NCBI GenBank assembly: GCA_965219095.1
Contig: OZ244719.1
Span: 642,142 to 706,141, forward strand
Direction of reading: 5' to 3'
Source of the DNA: Bdellovibrionales bacterium
GTDB taxonomy: Bacteria > Bdellovibrionota > Bdellovibrionia > Bdellovibrionales > UBA1609
Length of the DNA: 64,000 bases
Below, piece after piece: positions 42,004-51,720 of this stretch. The notes below the pieces were generated by a model that was not told the DNA's origin, ran no database searches, and worked only from the letters and a program-made list of their open reading frames with translations. Position 1 is the first letter of the stretch. Each line of letters begins with the position of its first letter. The position numbers and the translations under genes were made by a program.

Positions 42004-43173
42004 TTAAAACAAGCTCCTACATGTATTGTTACGCTCTCTTTGTGATAGCGTCTTTGTTTGTTCCGATGTGTTTTGCAAGGAAGTAAATGTGTTTTTTAAT
42101 TCAACAATTCTCTTCTGAAGATTACCGAGTTGAGTGCCAATTATTCCTTGCTTTTTATTTCTTTGCTTTTTATTTCTTTTTATATCTTCTTCTATTTTCT
42201 TTTCTAGAGTTTCAACTATAATTAGCCACCCAGAATATTTCATGATCGACTTTTTTGATAAAACTTCCCCTATCAAATCATTACGAAAAGCATAAGAATC
42301 TCTTTTTTCAATCAATTCCAAAATCCAACTAGCCCATGTTAAATAGTGTATTTTGTAAAAGCTTGACAAAATTTTTATCATAGGTCTTTCAAAAACACTA
42401 TAAAACCCTTCAAGCCTCAATCTATCCATTAAAACTTTCTCTATCCAAAATGCCAAAGCGGAAATACTATCTTTCTGTTTTAATTGTTCTGATAACGATG
42501 GTTTCGGGTTTTTTACAAATTCTTCTGCAAGAATTTCTGCAAGAGTAAAATGAGTATGATAGCCCTTTTTAGCATTAGTCAAAGCTTGCATTAGTCTTAA
42601 CTCTTCTGATTCTTCAGGCTGTTGTTTCTGAGGAAATTTTGTCACCTCTATGTCACCTTGTGCGTTCTGCTCCTTTAATTTCCTCTTCAATGTTTGAACA
42701 TCGAAAGCTCCTATTTCTATCAAATTTTTCATGGGTATATTTTTGTCCAAGTCTATTTGAAAAAGACCCTTTCTTAAGGTTTTTGATATCCTGTTTATAT
42801 GCCATATACGCCTTAGGCCAACATCTACAACTGCTAATTTTCCCATCAAAATGATTTTCGCCAACTCTTCACGTTGATAAGGTGTTATACTTTCTATCAA
42901 CTCTTGTGGGAAAACCTCCCTTAAAATAACTTTAGGGTCTAGTAATAGTCTGCGCATTAATACTTGGTTGACTAGATTTGCCATAACTCTCCTATGATTC
43001 TCTTCTTCAGTAGCTTCTTCAGTAGATGTTTGCGATAGAACTGTTTCTGAGGTGAAAGACAGGAAGCTTAGAATTAGAAATAAAGAATAAAGCGAGGACT
43101 TTAAATTTAATGTAATGTAAGGAAAGTTCTTACGAACCTCTAATGTGGATTTTAAAATTTTTTTTGTTTTCAC
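42004..43173 (-). CDS. Hypothetical secreted or membrane-anchored helical protein ending CRSLF
   Basis: AAGGAGG RBS with GTG start, hydrophobic N-terminal segment, 389-aa ORF. Confidence 0.65.
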   Translation of the reverse strand: MKTKKILKSTLEVRKNFPYITLNLKSSLYSLFLILSFLSFTSETVLSQTSTEEATEEENHRRVMANLVNQVLMRRLLLDPKVILREVFPQELIESITPYQREELAKIILMGKLAVVDVGLRRIWHINRISKTLRKGLFQIDLDKNIPMKNLIEIGAFDVQTLKRKLKEQNAQGDIEVTKFPQKQQPEESEELRLMQALTNAKKGYHTHFTLAEILAEEFVKNPKPSLSEQLKQKDSISALAFWIEKVLMDRLRLEGFYSVFERPMIKILSSFYKIHYLTWASWILELIEKRDSYAFRNDLIGEVLSKKSIMKYSGWLIIVETLEKKIEEDIKRNKKQRNKKQGIIGTQLGNLQKRIVELKNTFTSLQNTSEQTKTLSQRERNNTCRSLF

Positions 43174-43857
43174 TTTTTAAACCTCCTTGTTTTTCTTTTT
43201 GATAGACTTCCTTGTCTCCTTTGCTTAATACTCAATAGGGCTTTCTTTAGACTTTAGACTAGTTTATAAAAAAAGTCAAGAAAAAGATTTTGGTTTTTCA
43301 TCGTTGATAAACGTTAAAATGCATGGAAGTTCTAACAAGTGGTGTGATAATTTTTGTCAGTGTATAAAGTTTATACACCTTTTTATGATGCCTTATTTTT
43401 TATGATGCCTTATAAAGAGTGATTTTAAAAGCTTTCAAAAGGACTTTGACTGGCATAAGAGCTACCGTCTATATTTATGAAAGACGGAGGAGGTCGAATC
43501 TGATCTGAAGAGCCTTAAAGAGCCTGTAAATTAGAAGAGCCGTCCTCTTCAAAAGCTCTCTTACAGACTGCCAGAACCTCCGGGAACCCACAGATGTTCT
43601 TTCTCTCAGTCCAATAAAACTTTGGAGAGAGTAGAAATTTCTCAAATCGAAATAAAAGCTATTTGAGATGTTGATTCAACAAAAGATAACGAAAAATACT
43701 ATTTGAATGTGTTTTTATTTGAATTTTTTAATGCGACATGTTATTATGTTCTTTTAGCAGTTAGTTGACACAATTGATTGCACTTAGGCTGTATAGACGA
43801 GAAAATATAATAAAACTTGAAAGCCTGGGCTTTCAAAACAAAGAAGGGAGAAGTAAA

Positions 43858-44514
43858 ATGAAAAAAACAATTTTAACAACAATGGTGGTTTTCACCATGG
43901 TTTTTCAAGGAACGTTCGCTTTTTCTGCTGCTGAAACCATTTCTGAAAAAAACTTAACTGAAGAACAAAAAAATGACTTAGCTTTTGCCACTCTAAAGTT
44001 TTTAAGTGAATATCGAGATGAGATAGGAAAGAGCTCAATTTTAATAGCCTTTGTAAGTGCTGGTTATACAATACTTAAATTAGGTGAAGCTAATAGGCTT
44101 GGCCTTACCCTATCCCGTCTGGGGCTTGCGTATGTGCAAAACCCATTCCAATATACGGTGGGGGGAGGTATGTTTGCGAAAGTAAAGGCTGAGAAGAGAC
44201 TAAAAGTCTTAAAAAAACGAATCCCCATATCATTCGGTATTGGATTTGGATCAATGGCTGTGAGTATACTTTTTCTCTTCACTCCTACTGAAGTTGCTGT
44301 TGGTACTATGGATGCGTATTATTTAGAAACTGAAGAAGGTCGTAAAAAGCTTGTGAACATGACAGAAGAGGAACAAAAAAGAGCCATTAGAGATTATCCC
44401 GGGTTAGGAGAAGGACTTACCAACATAGGTCTTGAAATTCTCAATGCTGTACATGCCGCAGCATATGCTGCAGAAGAACATCCCACTGAAAGAATGGAGT
44501 TGAAAGCTTTTTAA
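43858..44514 (+). CDS. Hypothetical secreted protein with two internal hydrophobic segments
   Basis: MKKTILTTMVVFTMVFQGTFAFSA signal peptide; ILIAFVSAGY and ISFGIGFGSMAVSILFLF. Confidence 0.7.
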   Translation: MKKTILTTMVVFTMVFQGTFAFSAAETISEKNLTEEQKNDLAFATLKFLSEYRDEIGKSSILIAFVSAGYTILKLGEANRLGLTLSRLGLAYVQNPFQYTVGGGMFAKVKAEKRLKVLKKRIPISFGIGFGSMAVSILFLFTPTEVAVGTMDAYYLETEEGRKKLVNMTEEEQKRAIRDYPGLGEGLTNIGLEILNAVHAAAYAAEEHPTERMELKAF

Positions 44515-44543
44515 GAGGTAAAAAACTTTCCAAGATTATCACT

Positions 44544-44989
44544 TGACAAACAATGAGGCAGAAAGAACGATTCGACATTCTGTGATGGGAAGAAAGAACT
44601 TTCATGGATGGGTCAAGGACTTAGAGAGGGGCTGAAACAGCAGCAGTGCTTTACACTATTGTGGAAAGTTGTAAAAAGGTGGAATTAGATCCTAAGGACT
44701 ATATTTTAATGGCTGTGGGAAACTCCCTCGATAAGATACCTATTAAAACGCCTTTAGAGTATACAAATGAGCTTCGTTCTTAAGAGAATAAAACACAAAG
44801 CAAATCAAAATACGGAAAAAAACTAGGAATTATTCTAGAAGAACTTCTCTACATTTTTGTAACAGGGAAAGCCTTAGGTAAATGTTTTACAGGCTTATTT
44901 TACAACAAGATCAATAAAAACTTCTCCTTTAAAATCTAAGAAACATCCTCCGCCAGTAGGAGTCAAGGGCTGTTAAAAAACCGACTTAC
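44544..44989 (+). mobile_element. IS66 3' remnant, second copy (empty-site reference)
   Basis: Matches 24756-25031 plus 29759-29905; 4-bp insertion in the tnpC tail. Confidence 0.85.
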
Positions 44990-45073
44990 GATTCTTTTGA
45001 GGAGGCATATTTTAGATCATTATACAAACAATGATTTAGAAAAAAGTGTCGAATTAATTTTTGTAATTGGTAT

Positions 45074-45236
45074 AAAATGAAGATTTTTGAGTTGAACCGC
45101 CAAGGGCGGAGAGGGACAGGATGTCCCGAAAACTAAAAAATGCAAAGACAGAATGTCTTATCCCTTTATACACTAAATCATCAATTTTATGTGCTGTTTC
45201 TTAACTGCTTTCACTCACAGATTTCCGTGAGGAGCC
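45074..45236 (-). mobile_element. Diverged ISL3 left-end remnant
   Basis: Reverse complement GGCTCCTCACGGAAATCTGTGAGTGAAAG resembles 34595-34625; shares the Y-shaped structure. Confidence 0.65.
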
Positions 45237-45635
45237 TAAAAATTTAACAGAGTTTGATCAAAAAGCCAGGATGCTATGCGATAGAAGAATGTTGAATTAA
45301 TTTTTGTAATTGGTATTAGTTGGAAGTTGCGTATGGCTCTGAAACCGCTGAAGTCAGGATAAATGATCCTGATTCTGTGACCCTAGAATCTCTTAACCTA
45401 TTGTAATTATTGATTTATCGCTATGTGTTGTGTCGAAGTCAGGAAAAAGAAGAATTACAGGAGAAAGTATATTTAAATAAAGACCAGCTAAAGTGATTTA
45501 GAAATTTTGAGTTTTATATAAATAAAAAGAAATTGCATAAGGTATTGTGATTGCTTTGAACCGAATGATATGATGGTTATATGTGTGGACAAGTTCTGAA
45601 TCGCACCTCCCTAGCTAATTTTTTTGGATTCTTAA

Positions 45636-46415
45636 ATGGGTGACAAAGTTGTAAGATGTAAAAAATCTAATTTGAGAGAGACATGGGCAACTCTTGAGGG
45701 GCTTCCAAATCCTGAGAAAGTTCATGTAATAGAAGAGCAAATTTCTGCTCTAACCCATCATATAAGAACAACTATTTTATCAAAAAAAGAATATGAAGAT
45801 TCGCAAAGAATAATAACCTCCATTACGAGTCTGCCCAATCAAGGGGTAATGCCTTATTGGGCCAATGAATTTCGTTGGCAAAATAAGGGAGAAAAAATTT
45901 TACGAATTGGAAATAACTTCTTAGGGTTTCATACTTTACACAAAGAAGAACACAAGTATAGAACATATGCTGAAGATCTTGAACCATTAATCAAAGAAGT
46001 TACAGAAAGAATAAATGCTGACAACGCTTTCTTAGTTAAAAGGACTATATTTCGTTATATCAATATCTTTTTTCTGGACAGAGAGGGGTTTAATTTAAAT
46101 GAGTATTTTGATGTGAACTGCTCAATAAAGTTAGATAATGAACCTGTTCCTTTGTCTGGTTTTCTTGCTAACTTTAGCTTTAATGGTTTAAAAAATAATA
46201 CGACACTAACTTTAGACTTTAAAGCTCAGCCGTCAAATGATAAAATATTTTTAATAATAGAAACTACTGGACATCAATCACTTGAAAAAAGTGTTACTAT
46301 ATCAGATCAAAAAATCTTAGAGGTTCTTCGATTATTGAAAGAGGAAACTAAATGTGCTTTTTTTAGATGTGCAAAAGAAAAAATAAAAAATATACTGGAG
46401 GTAGAATATGAGTAA
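45636..46415 (+). CDS. TIGR04255-like protein
   Basis: About 260 aa; N-terminal NLRETW, Y.TY..., and VKRTIFRYINIF (RYIN family motif). Confidence 0.6.
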   Translation: MGDKVVRCKKSNLRETWATLEGLPNPEKVHVIEEQISALTHHIRTTILSKKEYEDSQRIITSITSLPNQGVMPYWANEFRWQNKGEKILRIGNNFLGFHTLHKEEHKYRTYAEDLEPLIKEVTERINADNAFLVKRTIFRYINIFFLDREGFNLNEYFDVNCSIKLDNEPVPLSGFLANFSFNGLKNNTTLTLDFKAQPSNDKIFLIIETTGHQSLEKSVTISDQKILEVLRLLKEETKCAFFRCAKEKIKNILEVEYE

Positions 46416-46809
46416 CAATTTTTTTAATCACTATAGCAGGAATAAAGAAGCAGTTCATAATGACTTAACTTCCGGAGATGTTTCAACTCCGCCAATTATT
46501 ATTTCTGCAAATGGCCTTCTTTGTAAATACGACAATGGAGAAAACTTTGAAGAAAATCTGCCTCTGTTATCTCACATAAGAGAATTAAGCTCGGTTATTT
46601 TAGATAATTTCAAAGATGAGGCCATTATGGAAGATTTATATTGCGATTTAAACTATAAAAAACTATCTGGTAAAAAATTAACACAGGAAGAGAAAGTTTT
46701 AATGTCAGAAATTGATAGACAATTAAGTCAAGCTAGATCTATTTTTTCAGATGATCCAAAATATCTCAAGGCAAAAAAAGAAATGAAACAACATTCAAAC
46801 GAATCTTAA
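46408..46809 (+). CDS. Hypothetical protein (133 aa), translationally coupled to the upstream gene
   Basis: GGAGG RBS; ATG lies inside the 3' end of the upstream ORF. Confidence 0.7.
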   Translation: MSNNFFNHYSRNKEAVHNDLTSGDVSTPPIIISANGLLCKYDNGENFEENLPLLSHIRELSSVILDNFKDEAIMEDLYCDLNYKKLSGKKLTQEEKVLMSEIDRQLSQARSIFSDDPKYLKAKKEMKQHSNES

Positions 46810-46821
46810 TTTCTTTGTCAA

Positions 46822-47432
46822 ATGGCTAAGATACCATACGTACGCCCCTATGAGAATTCTGGAACAAATTATAAAAGGTATAAAAAGTGGCTCGGTGAAG
46901 TTTTTTACTCAAATACCTGTGCTTTTTGTTTTCTTTCTATGACGCCTAATTCTCCAACGATTGAGCATTATTATCCAAAAGGAAAATTTCCTTATAAAGA
47001 ATCTGATCCTAAGAATTTATTACTTTCCTGTTCTGGGTGTAATAGTATAAAAAGTGATTTTTTTGACGAACAAAACCCTGGTATAATTTTTAACTGCCGT
47101 AAAGAGAATTTATCTAAAATTCTTGATATTAACAAAACCACAGGAGAACTTAAGCCCAAAAAATCTCTGAATGATAAAAAAAAGGAAAGAGCTCTTTTTA
47201 ATATAAAAAAATTTAAATTAAATCTTCCACGCCAAAAAAAGATCGAAAAGATCTTATAAAGATGCTGAGCTTTTCTCAAAAATACAAGAAAACAGATGCA
47301 ATTGATGAATTTCTTTCTGATAGATACTTATTTTTTCTTATCTTAGGAATTAAAATAAAGCCATGTTCTAAAAAAAGAATTTTAAAAATTCGAAAAGAAA
47401 ATATAGAGAAATATAAAAAGGGTTTATTGTAA
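46822..47432 (+). CDS. HNH endonuclease; tracked ORF stops at 47259 but one extra A in the A7 tract opens a further 63-codon frame
   Basis: CAFC...IEHYYPK...NLLLSCSGCNSIKSD; shifted frame open 47241-47432. Confidence 0.8.
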
Positions 47433-47499
47433 TATCAATTCCAAAAGTTCATTCTACATTTTCATGTATAAGTTTGGATTTTTACTTCTAGAAAATTTA

Positions 47500-47547
47500 G
47501 CCTCCTCAAAAGAATCTGTGGAAACTCACAGATTCTTTTGAGGAAGC
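47500..47547. repeat. 48-bp ISL3-end hairpin with extended 21-bp arms
   Basis: GCCTCCTCAAAAGAATCTGTG-GAAACT-CACAGATTCTTTTGAGGAAGC. Confidence 0.88.
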
Positions 47548-47768
47548 AAATTATTTTTTCACAAGTCCTAACCCAATTAAAGGCTTCAATATGAAGGGCT
47601 TTTACTTTCTATCTTTTCGAATGAATTGTGTAAGTCTTGAAAACAAATTCACACGAAAGCATGAGTTTGCTAAAAAAAGAAGGCCTATGTAAGCCCAGTA
47701 AGGGCCTCCTGCCAAAGTCCATGCTAGGAGAAGAAATCCCACAAGCCAGCTTAAAAACCTTTCCAATT

Positions 47769-48344
47769 TCATGGCCTGTTTAAAATTTTTTGTAACTCTC
47801 CTGACTGGAACATGTCCATGACAATATCACAGCCACCTATGAGATTTTTGGAAACATACAATTGGGGTATCGTAGGCCAATTACCATAAACTTTCACACC
47901 CTCTCGTATTTTATCATCATCTAAAACATTGATTGAACTAAATTCCACGTCACAGGCATTGAGAATCTCTACCACTTTAGCTGAAAAGCCGCACTGAGGT
48001 GCTTCTGGGGTTCCTTTCATAAACAAGACAATTTTTTTTTGATTCAGAACGTTTTCTATTTTAGTTTTTGTTTCTTGATTTAAGTTCATGGGGTTTTCTC
48101 CTTTGTGAGTGTTGTTAGAGGGGCTTGTTTTTAAACTCAGAGCGTGAATCTCTCCTGTTTTTAGCTCTTTTTTGAAAAGTGACTTGATTTGTCTGTGTTG
48201 TTCTATCACTTGTAAGTCTTTGAACTCAGGGGTTGAAATATGAATCTGCCAATAATTTTCAGTACCTGTAAGGTCTTTAACCAGAACTTGACACATGGGG
48301 TAATTTTCTTTGATACGTTTTTGAATGTCTTCTTTCTTAAGCAT
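47769..48344 (-). CDS. grxD: BolA-like domain in frame with monothiol glutaredoxin GrxD
   Basis: F..L..IEQHR.I...F.....GEIHALSLKT (BolA); FMKGTPEAPQCGFS, WPTIPQLY, GGCD (Grx4). Confidence 0.9.
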   Translation of the reverse strand: MLKKEDIQKRIKENYPMCQVLVKDLTGTENYWQIHISTPEFKDLQVIEQHRQIKSLFKKELKTGEIHALSLKTSPSNNTHKGENPMNLNQETKTKIENVLNQKKIVLFMKGTPEAPQCGFSAKVVEILNACDVEFSSINVLDDDKIREGVKVYGNWPTIPQLYVSKNLIGGCDIVMDMFQSGELQKILNRP

Positions 48345-48409
48345 TTCTTTCTTCCTTTATATAGGATAGGTCTGGACAGTCAATAACTCTTTGTGTTAGA
48401 AATTAGAAG

Positions 48410-48742
48410 ATGAAATGTTTTGAAAAAGCACCTCACTCTCATATTCGTATAGAAAAACAAAAAGCTCAGAAGCTAAAGAAATCGTCATGGTGGAAACAGA
48501 AGCTTTCAGAGGGGATTTGTTATTACTGTGAAAAAAAACTTCCTCAAACACAACTTACAATGGATCACAAAGTTCCTCTTTCTCGAGGAGGGCTTTCTTC
48601 ACGTTCTAATGTGGTGTTAAGTTGTGTGTCTTGTAATTCAAAAAAAATGTACTGGACACCTGCGGAAATAATTTTACAATCAGAACTGAACAAAGGAGAT
48701 CTTTTTGCAAGTCAACAAAACAAAGAAGATTGTAACAAGTAG
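48410..48742 (+). CDS. Small HNH endonuclease
   Basis: CYYC...TMDHKVPLSRGG...NVVLSCVSCNSKK. Confidence 0.88.
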   Translation: MKCFEKAPHSHIRIEKQKAQKLKKSSWWKQKLSEGICYYCEKKLPQTQLTMDHKVPLSRGGLSSRSNVVLSCVSCNSKKMYWTPAEIILQSELNKGDLFASQQNKEDCNK

Positions 48743-50516
48743 TACGGCTGAGTATTTTGCTAAAAATTTACAGCAAGTGGGGTTTTCTTCTCCCCTAAAA
48801 GCGGTTTTGACAACATTAAAAGAGGCTGTGGATAATTCTTTGGATGCCTGCGAAGAAGCTGGTCTTTTGCCAGAGATCAAAGTCGAGGTAAAAAAAATAG
48901 GAGCCAGTTCTGTAAAAAATACTGATCTTATACAAATTGTTGTTGAAGACAACGGTCCTGGGCTTGATTTAGAGTTCTTGCCTAAAGTTTTTGGAGAGTA
49001 TTTAACTTCATCGAAGTTTGGCCAAGGGCAGTGTTCTCGTGGACAACAGGGCATTGGTATTTCAGCAGCTACCACTTGGGCACAACTGACGAATGCTAGC
49101 GGTGTTTTGGTTGTGAGTAAAACTTCTCGTATGAAAAAAGCTGTGAAGGCTTTTGTCACAGTGGACATTAAAAATAACAAAGGTGTTATCAAATCCAAAG
49201 AGACCATTGGTTGGGATAGACCCCATGGCTTAAGTGTTCATTTTAGAATTGATGGTAAAGCACAGATCAAAGGAGAGGGGGGGCTTTTAACGTACTTAGA
49301 AGGAACTACATTGGTCAATCCTCATCTTGATTTACGTTACAAACTTTTAGATTCTCAATGGATTCATATCAAGAGGGTGGCTCAAGCCATACCTCAGGTA
49401 CCACCTCCTACTTTGCCTCATCCTCATACGATGAAACTAGGGGAATTTATGACCCATGCCCACCTTTTTGACAACCTGTCTTTGAATCAATTTTTGAAAA
49501 AAGCTTTCTTTCGCATTTCTAATAAAACGATTGAAGAGTTTGTCAAAAAAGGTCTTCCTCGACAGCTTTTAAAAGCTCCTGTTTACAAAAACAAAGAAGA
49601 GGATTTTAAAAAGATCTTCTCTGCTATACAAAAAACAGATCTTCCTCGTCCTTCCACTCAATCTGTGATGACGATAGGAGAAGAGTCCTTGTCTTCTAGT
49701 ATTTTAAGGTTAGGAGAGGTGGACTTTTTTAGTGTCAACACAAGGAAGCCTAAAATTTGTGATTTTAAGCCTGTGGTTGTGGAAGTGGCTATGGCAAGGT
49801 TTTTAGATCGAGGTGCTGAGGCTGAAGAAAAGCAAGTCCAGCTTTTGAGGTTTGCTAACCGTGTTCCCTTACAATTTGATAAATCCTCTTGTGCCATTAC
49901 AAAGGCTGTGGAATCCATCAATTGGAAGGCTTATGGTCTTAGTCAAGCAAGAAACTCTCTTCCCTCAGGCCCTTATGTCATCGCAGTCAGCGTAACCTCT
50001 CCGTTTATTAAATTTAAAAACGCTTCAAAAGAAACAATTGATGCAAGCCAAGAGTTAGTTGAGGAAATTCGTTTAGCTCTTATGCAGGGAGGGCAGAAAT
50101 TAAGTCGCCATCTTAAAAGAGAGCATAGAGCTTTAGAACTTGAAAGAAAGATTGCCCACATTGAAAGGTTTGCTCCTATTTTTGTGGAGACTTTGTGTCG
50201 TATTGCTAAAGCGAACAACAAAAGAAAACAAAAAGCTGTTTTAGGTTTAAAAAAGATTTTAGGAAGGGACTCTAATGAGGCTGAGAAAAAGTTAGAAATG
50301 GCAGAAGAGAAGCTTGCAGGACTTAAAGGTTCAGGAAAGATCAGAAAGGAAAGTTTTGTTGAAAAAAAAGGAGAAGAAGAACAGGAAAAAGAAAAAAACT
50401 TGGGAGAAAAGAAGATAGAAAAAAAAGATGTTAAAAAAGGGAAGACTTCAAAAAATAAAATCAATAAGAGGGTAAAGATTAAAAAAAAAGAACATTATGC
50501 AAAACAAAAGAGATAA
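48705..50516 (+). CDS. top6B: DNA topoisomerase VI subunit B
   Basis: GHKL motifs EAVDNSLDA, EDNGPG, SRGQQGIG; RFANRVPL; Lys/Glu-rich tail. Confidence 0.95.
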   Translation: MQVNKTKKIVTSSTAEYFAKNLQQVGFSSPLKAVLTTLKEAVDNSLDACEEAGLLPEIKVEVKKIGASSVKNTDLIQIVVEDNGPGLDLEFLPKVFGEYLTSSKFGQGQCSRGQQGIGISAATTWAQLTNASGVLVVSKTSRMKKAVKAFVTVDIKNNKGVIKSKETIGWDRPHGLSVHFRIDGKAQIKGEGGLLTYLEGTTLVNPHLDLRYKLLDSQWIHIKRVAQAIPQVPPPTLPHPHTMKLGEFMTHAHLFDNLSLNQFLKKAFFRISNKTIEEFVKKGLPRQLLKAPVYKNKEEDFKKIFSAIQKTDLPRPSTQSVMTIGEESLSSSILRLGEVDFFSVNTRKPKICDFKPVVVEVAMARFLDRGAEAEEKQVQLLRFANRVPLQFDKSSCAITKAVESINWKAYGLSQARNSLPSGPYVIAVSVTSPFIKFKNASKETIDASQELVEEIRLALMQGGQKLSRHLKREHRALELERKIAHIERFAPIFVETLCRIAKANNKRKQKAVLGLKKILGRDSNEAEKKLEMAEEKLAGLKGSGKIRKESFVEKKGEEEQEKEKNLGEKKIEKKDVKKGKTSKNKINKRVKIKKKEHYAKQKR

Positions 50517-50559
50517 AACAAAAAACAAAAAAAGAAAAAAATAAAGGGAGCTTAAGTTT

Positions 50560-51720
50560 ATGGCTTTAATGAAAATTCGTGATTTAAAAATTGATATTCC
50601 TAAAGAGGCTAAAGAGTTGTGTGATGCTATGCTGGTTGACTTAGAAAAAGGGAAAAGACCGAGTGTTAATGCAATCAAATGCCGTTTAGACAATGCCATT
50701 TATAACCCTAAACTAGGCTATTTAACTCCAGGCTCAAAAAAAGTGACAACAGAGTTGAATGTGTCGTCGATTCAAAAAATGTCTCGCACTGTGTTTATGT
50801 TAGAAATTTTGCTTAACAATTTAAAAAGTGCCCGTGTGAACACAAAAAGGGAGCTTTATTATATTTCAAAGGGTTTTGTAAGGTCAGAAACAAACTTAAA
50901 GCCTTTAGATTTTTCTGATCAGATTGAAAGTGATGCTATTATTGATTTTATCTGTGAACTTTTAGAAGTCTATAGAGAAGAGATCAATTGTTATGCTAAT
51001 GATAGAGGAGGACAGACGTACTCACAGTGTTTGGTCATTACGGAAAGTTTGTCTGATGGAACTAAAGCGACTGTTGATTTAAGTTCTTTAGGAACAAGTC
51101 CTTTCCAGCCTAAGAACAGGCCTCAAAATTTAAAATTAAAAGCTAAGAAGAAAATTAAATTTTGTTTAGTTGTGGAGTCTGAAGGTACAGCGAATACACT
51201 TGTGGCTAATGGTATGACCAAAAGACAGAATTGTATTGTGATGGGAGCTCAAGGTGTTCCCAGTAATGCTGTGAGGGCTTGGTGTCAGAGCATTCAAAAT
51301 CAATTGAAAGTCCCTATTTATTTTTTCGGAGATTTAGATGCCTATACTTTACAGAATATTTATAGAACTCTGAAAGCAGGCTCTGCTTCCAGTTTGATTC
51401 GTAACAAATACTTTTCTGCTCCTGATGTTAGGTTTTTAGGCGTTTTGCCAGATGATGTTAAAAAGTATGACCTGCATTGTTACAAAGTCAATGAAAAAAA
51501 CTCCTCTGATGCAAGAGCTTTGAAAAAAGCAAGAGACGTTTTAAATAATGATCCTTTCTTCAAGGATTCTAAGAATAAAAAAATAGCTTCTATTTTAAAG
51601 TGGTTGATAAAGAATAAAGTGCGTTGTGAACAGCAAGCTTTCTTTGCTGTAAACCCTAAAGACCCTACAGGTTTTGAAAAGATCATTTTAGACAAGATCA
51701 AAAGCAAATCATACATTTGA
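50560..51720 (+). CDS. top6A: DNA topoisomerase VI subunit A
   Basis: TKRELYY (catalytic Tyr region), TOPRIM VVESEG and GDLD, QGVP, EQQA. Confidence 0.93.
   Translation: MALMKIRDLKIDIPKEAKELCDAMLVDLEKGKRPSVNAIKCRLDNAIYNPKLGYLTPGSKKVTTELNVSSIQKMSRTVFMLEILLNNLKSARVNTKRELYYISKGFVRSETNLKPLDFSDQIESDAIIDFICELLEVYREEINCYANDRGGQTYSQCLVITESLSDGTKATVDLSSLGTSPFQPKNRPQNLKLKAKKKIKFCLVVESEGTANTLVANGMTKRQNCIVMGAQGVPSNAVRAWCQSIQNQLKVPIYFFGDLDAYTLQNIYRTLKAGSASSLIRNKYFSAPDVRFLGVLPDDVKKYDLHCYKVNEKNSSDARALKKARDVLNNDPFFKDSKNKKIASILKWLIKNKVRCEQQAFFAVNPKDPTGFEKIILDKIKSKSYI

Noticed and set aside
43451..43466. Sigma54 promoter (TGGCA...)
   Set aside because: No GC at the -12 position
45320..45635. Retron msr-msd upstream of the HNH module
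   Set aside because: No reverse transcriptase; the inverted motifs (CCTGATTC...GAAGTCAGG) look like IS-type ends
760..47547. Dispersed 48-bp and 29-bp repeats as CRISPR repeats
   Set aside because: Copies are kilobases apart, in both orientations, and the 48-mer matches an IS terminus
50560..51720. Top6A-like gene as Wadjet JetD
   Set aside because: Partner is a true Top6B; no SMC-like jetABC genes
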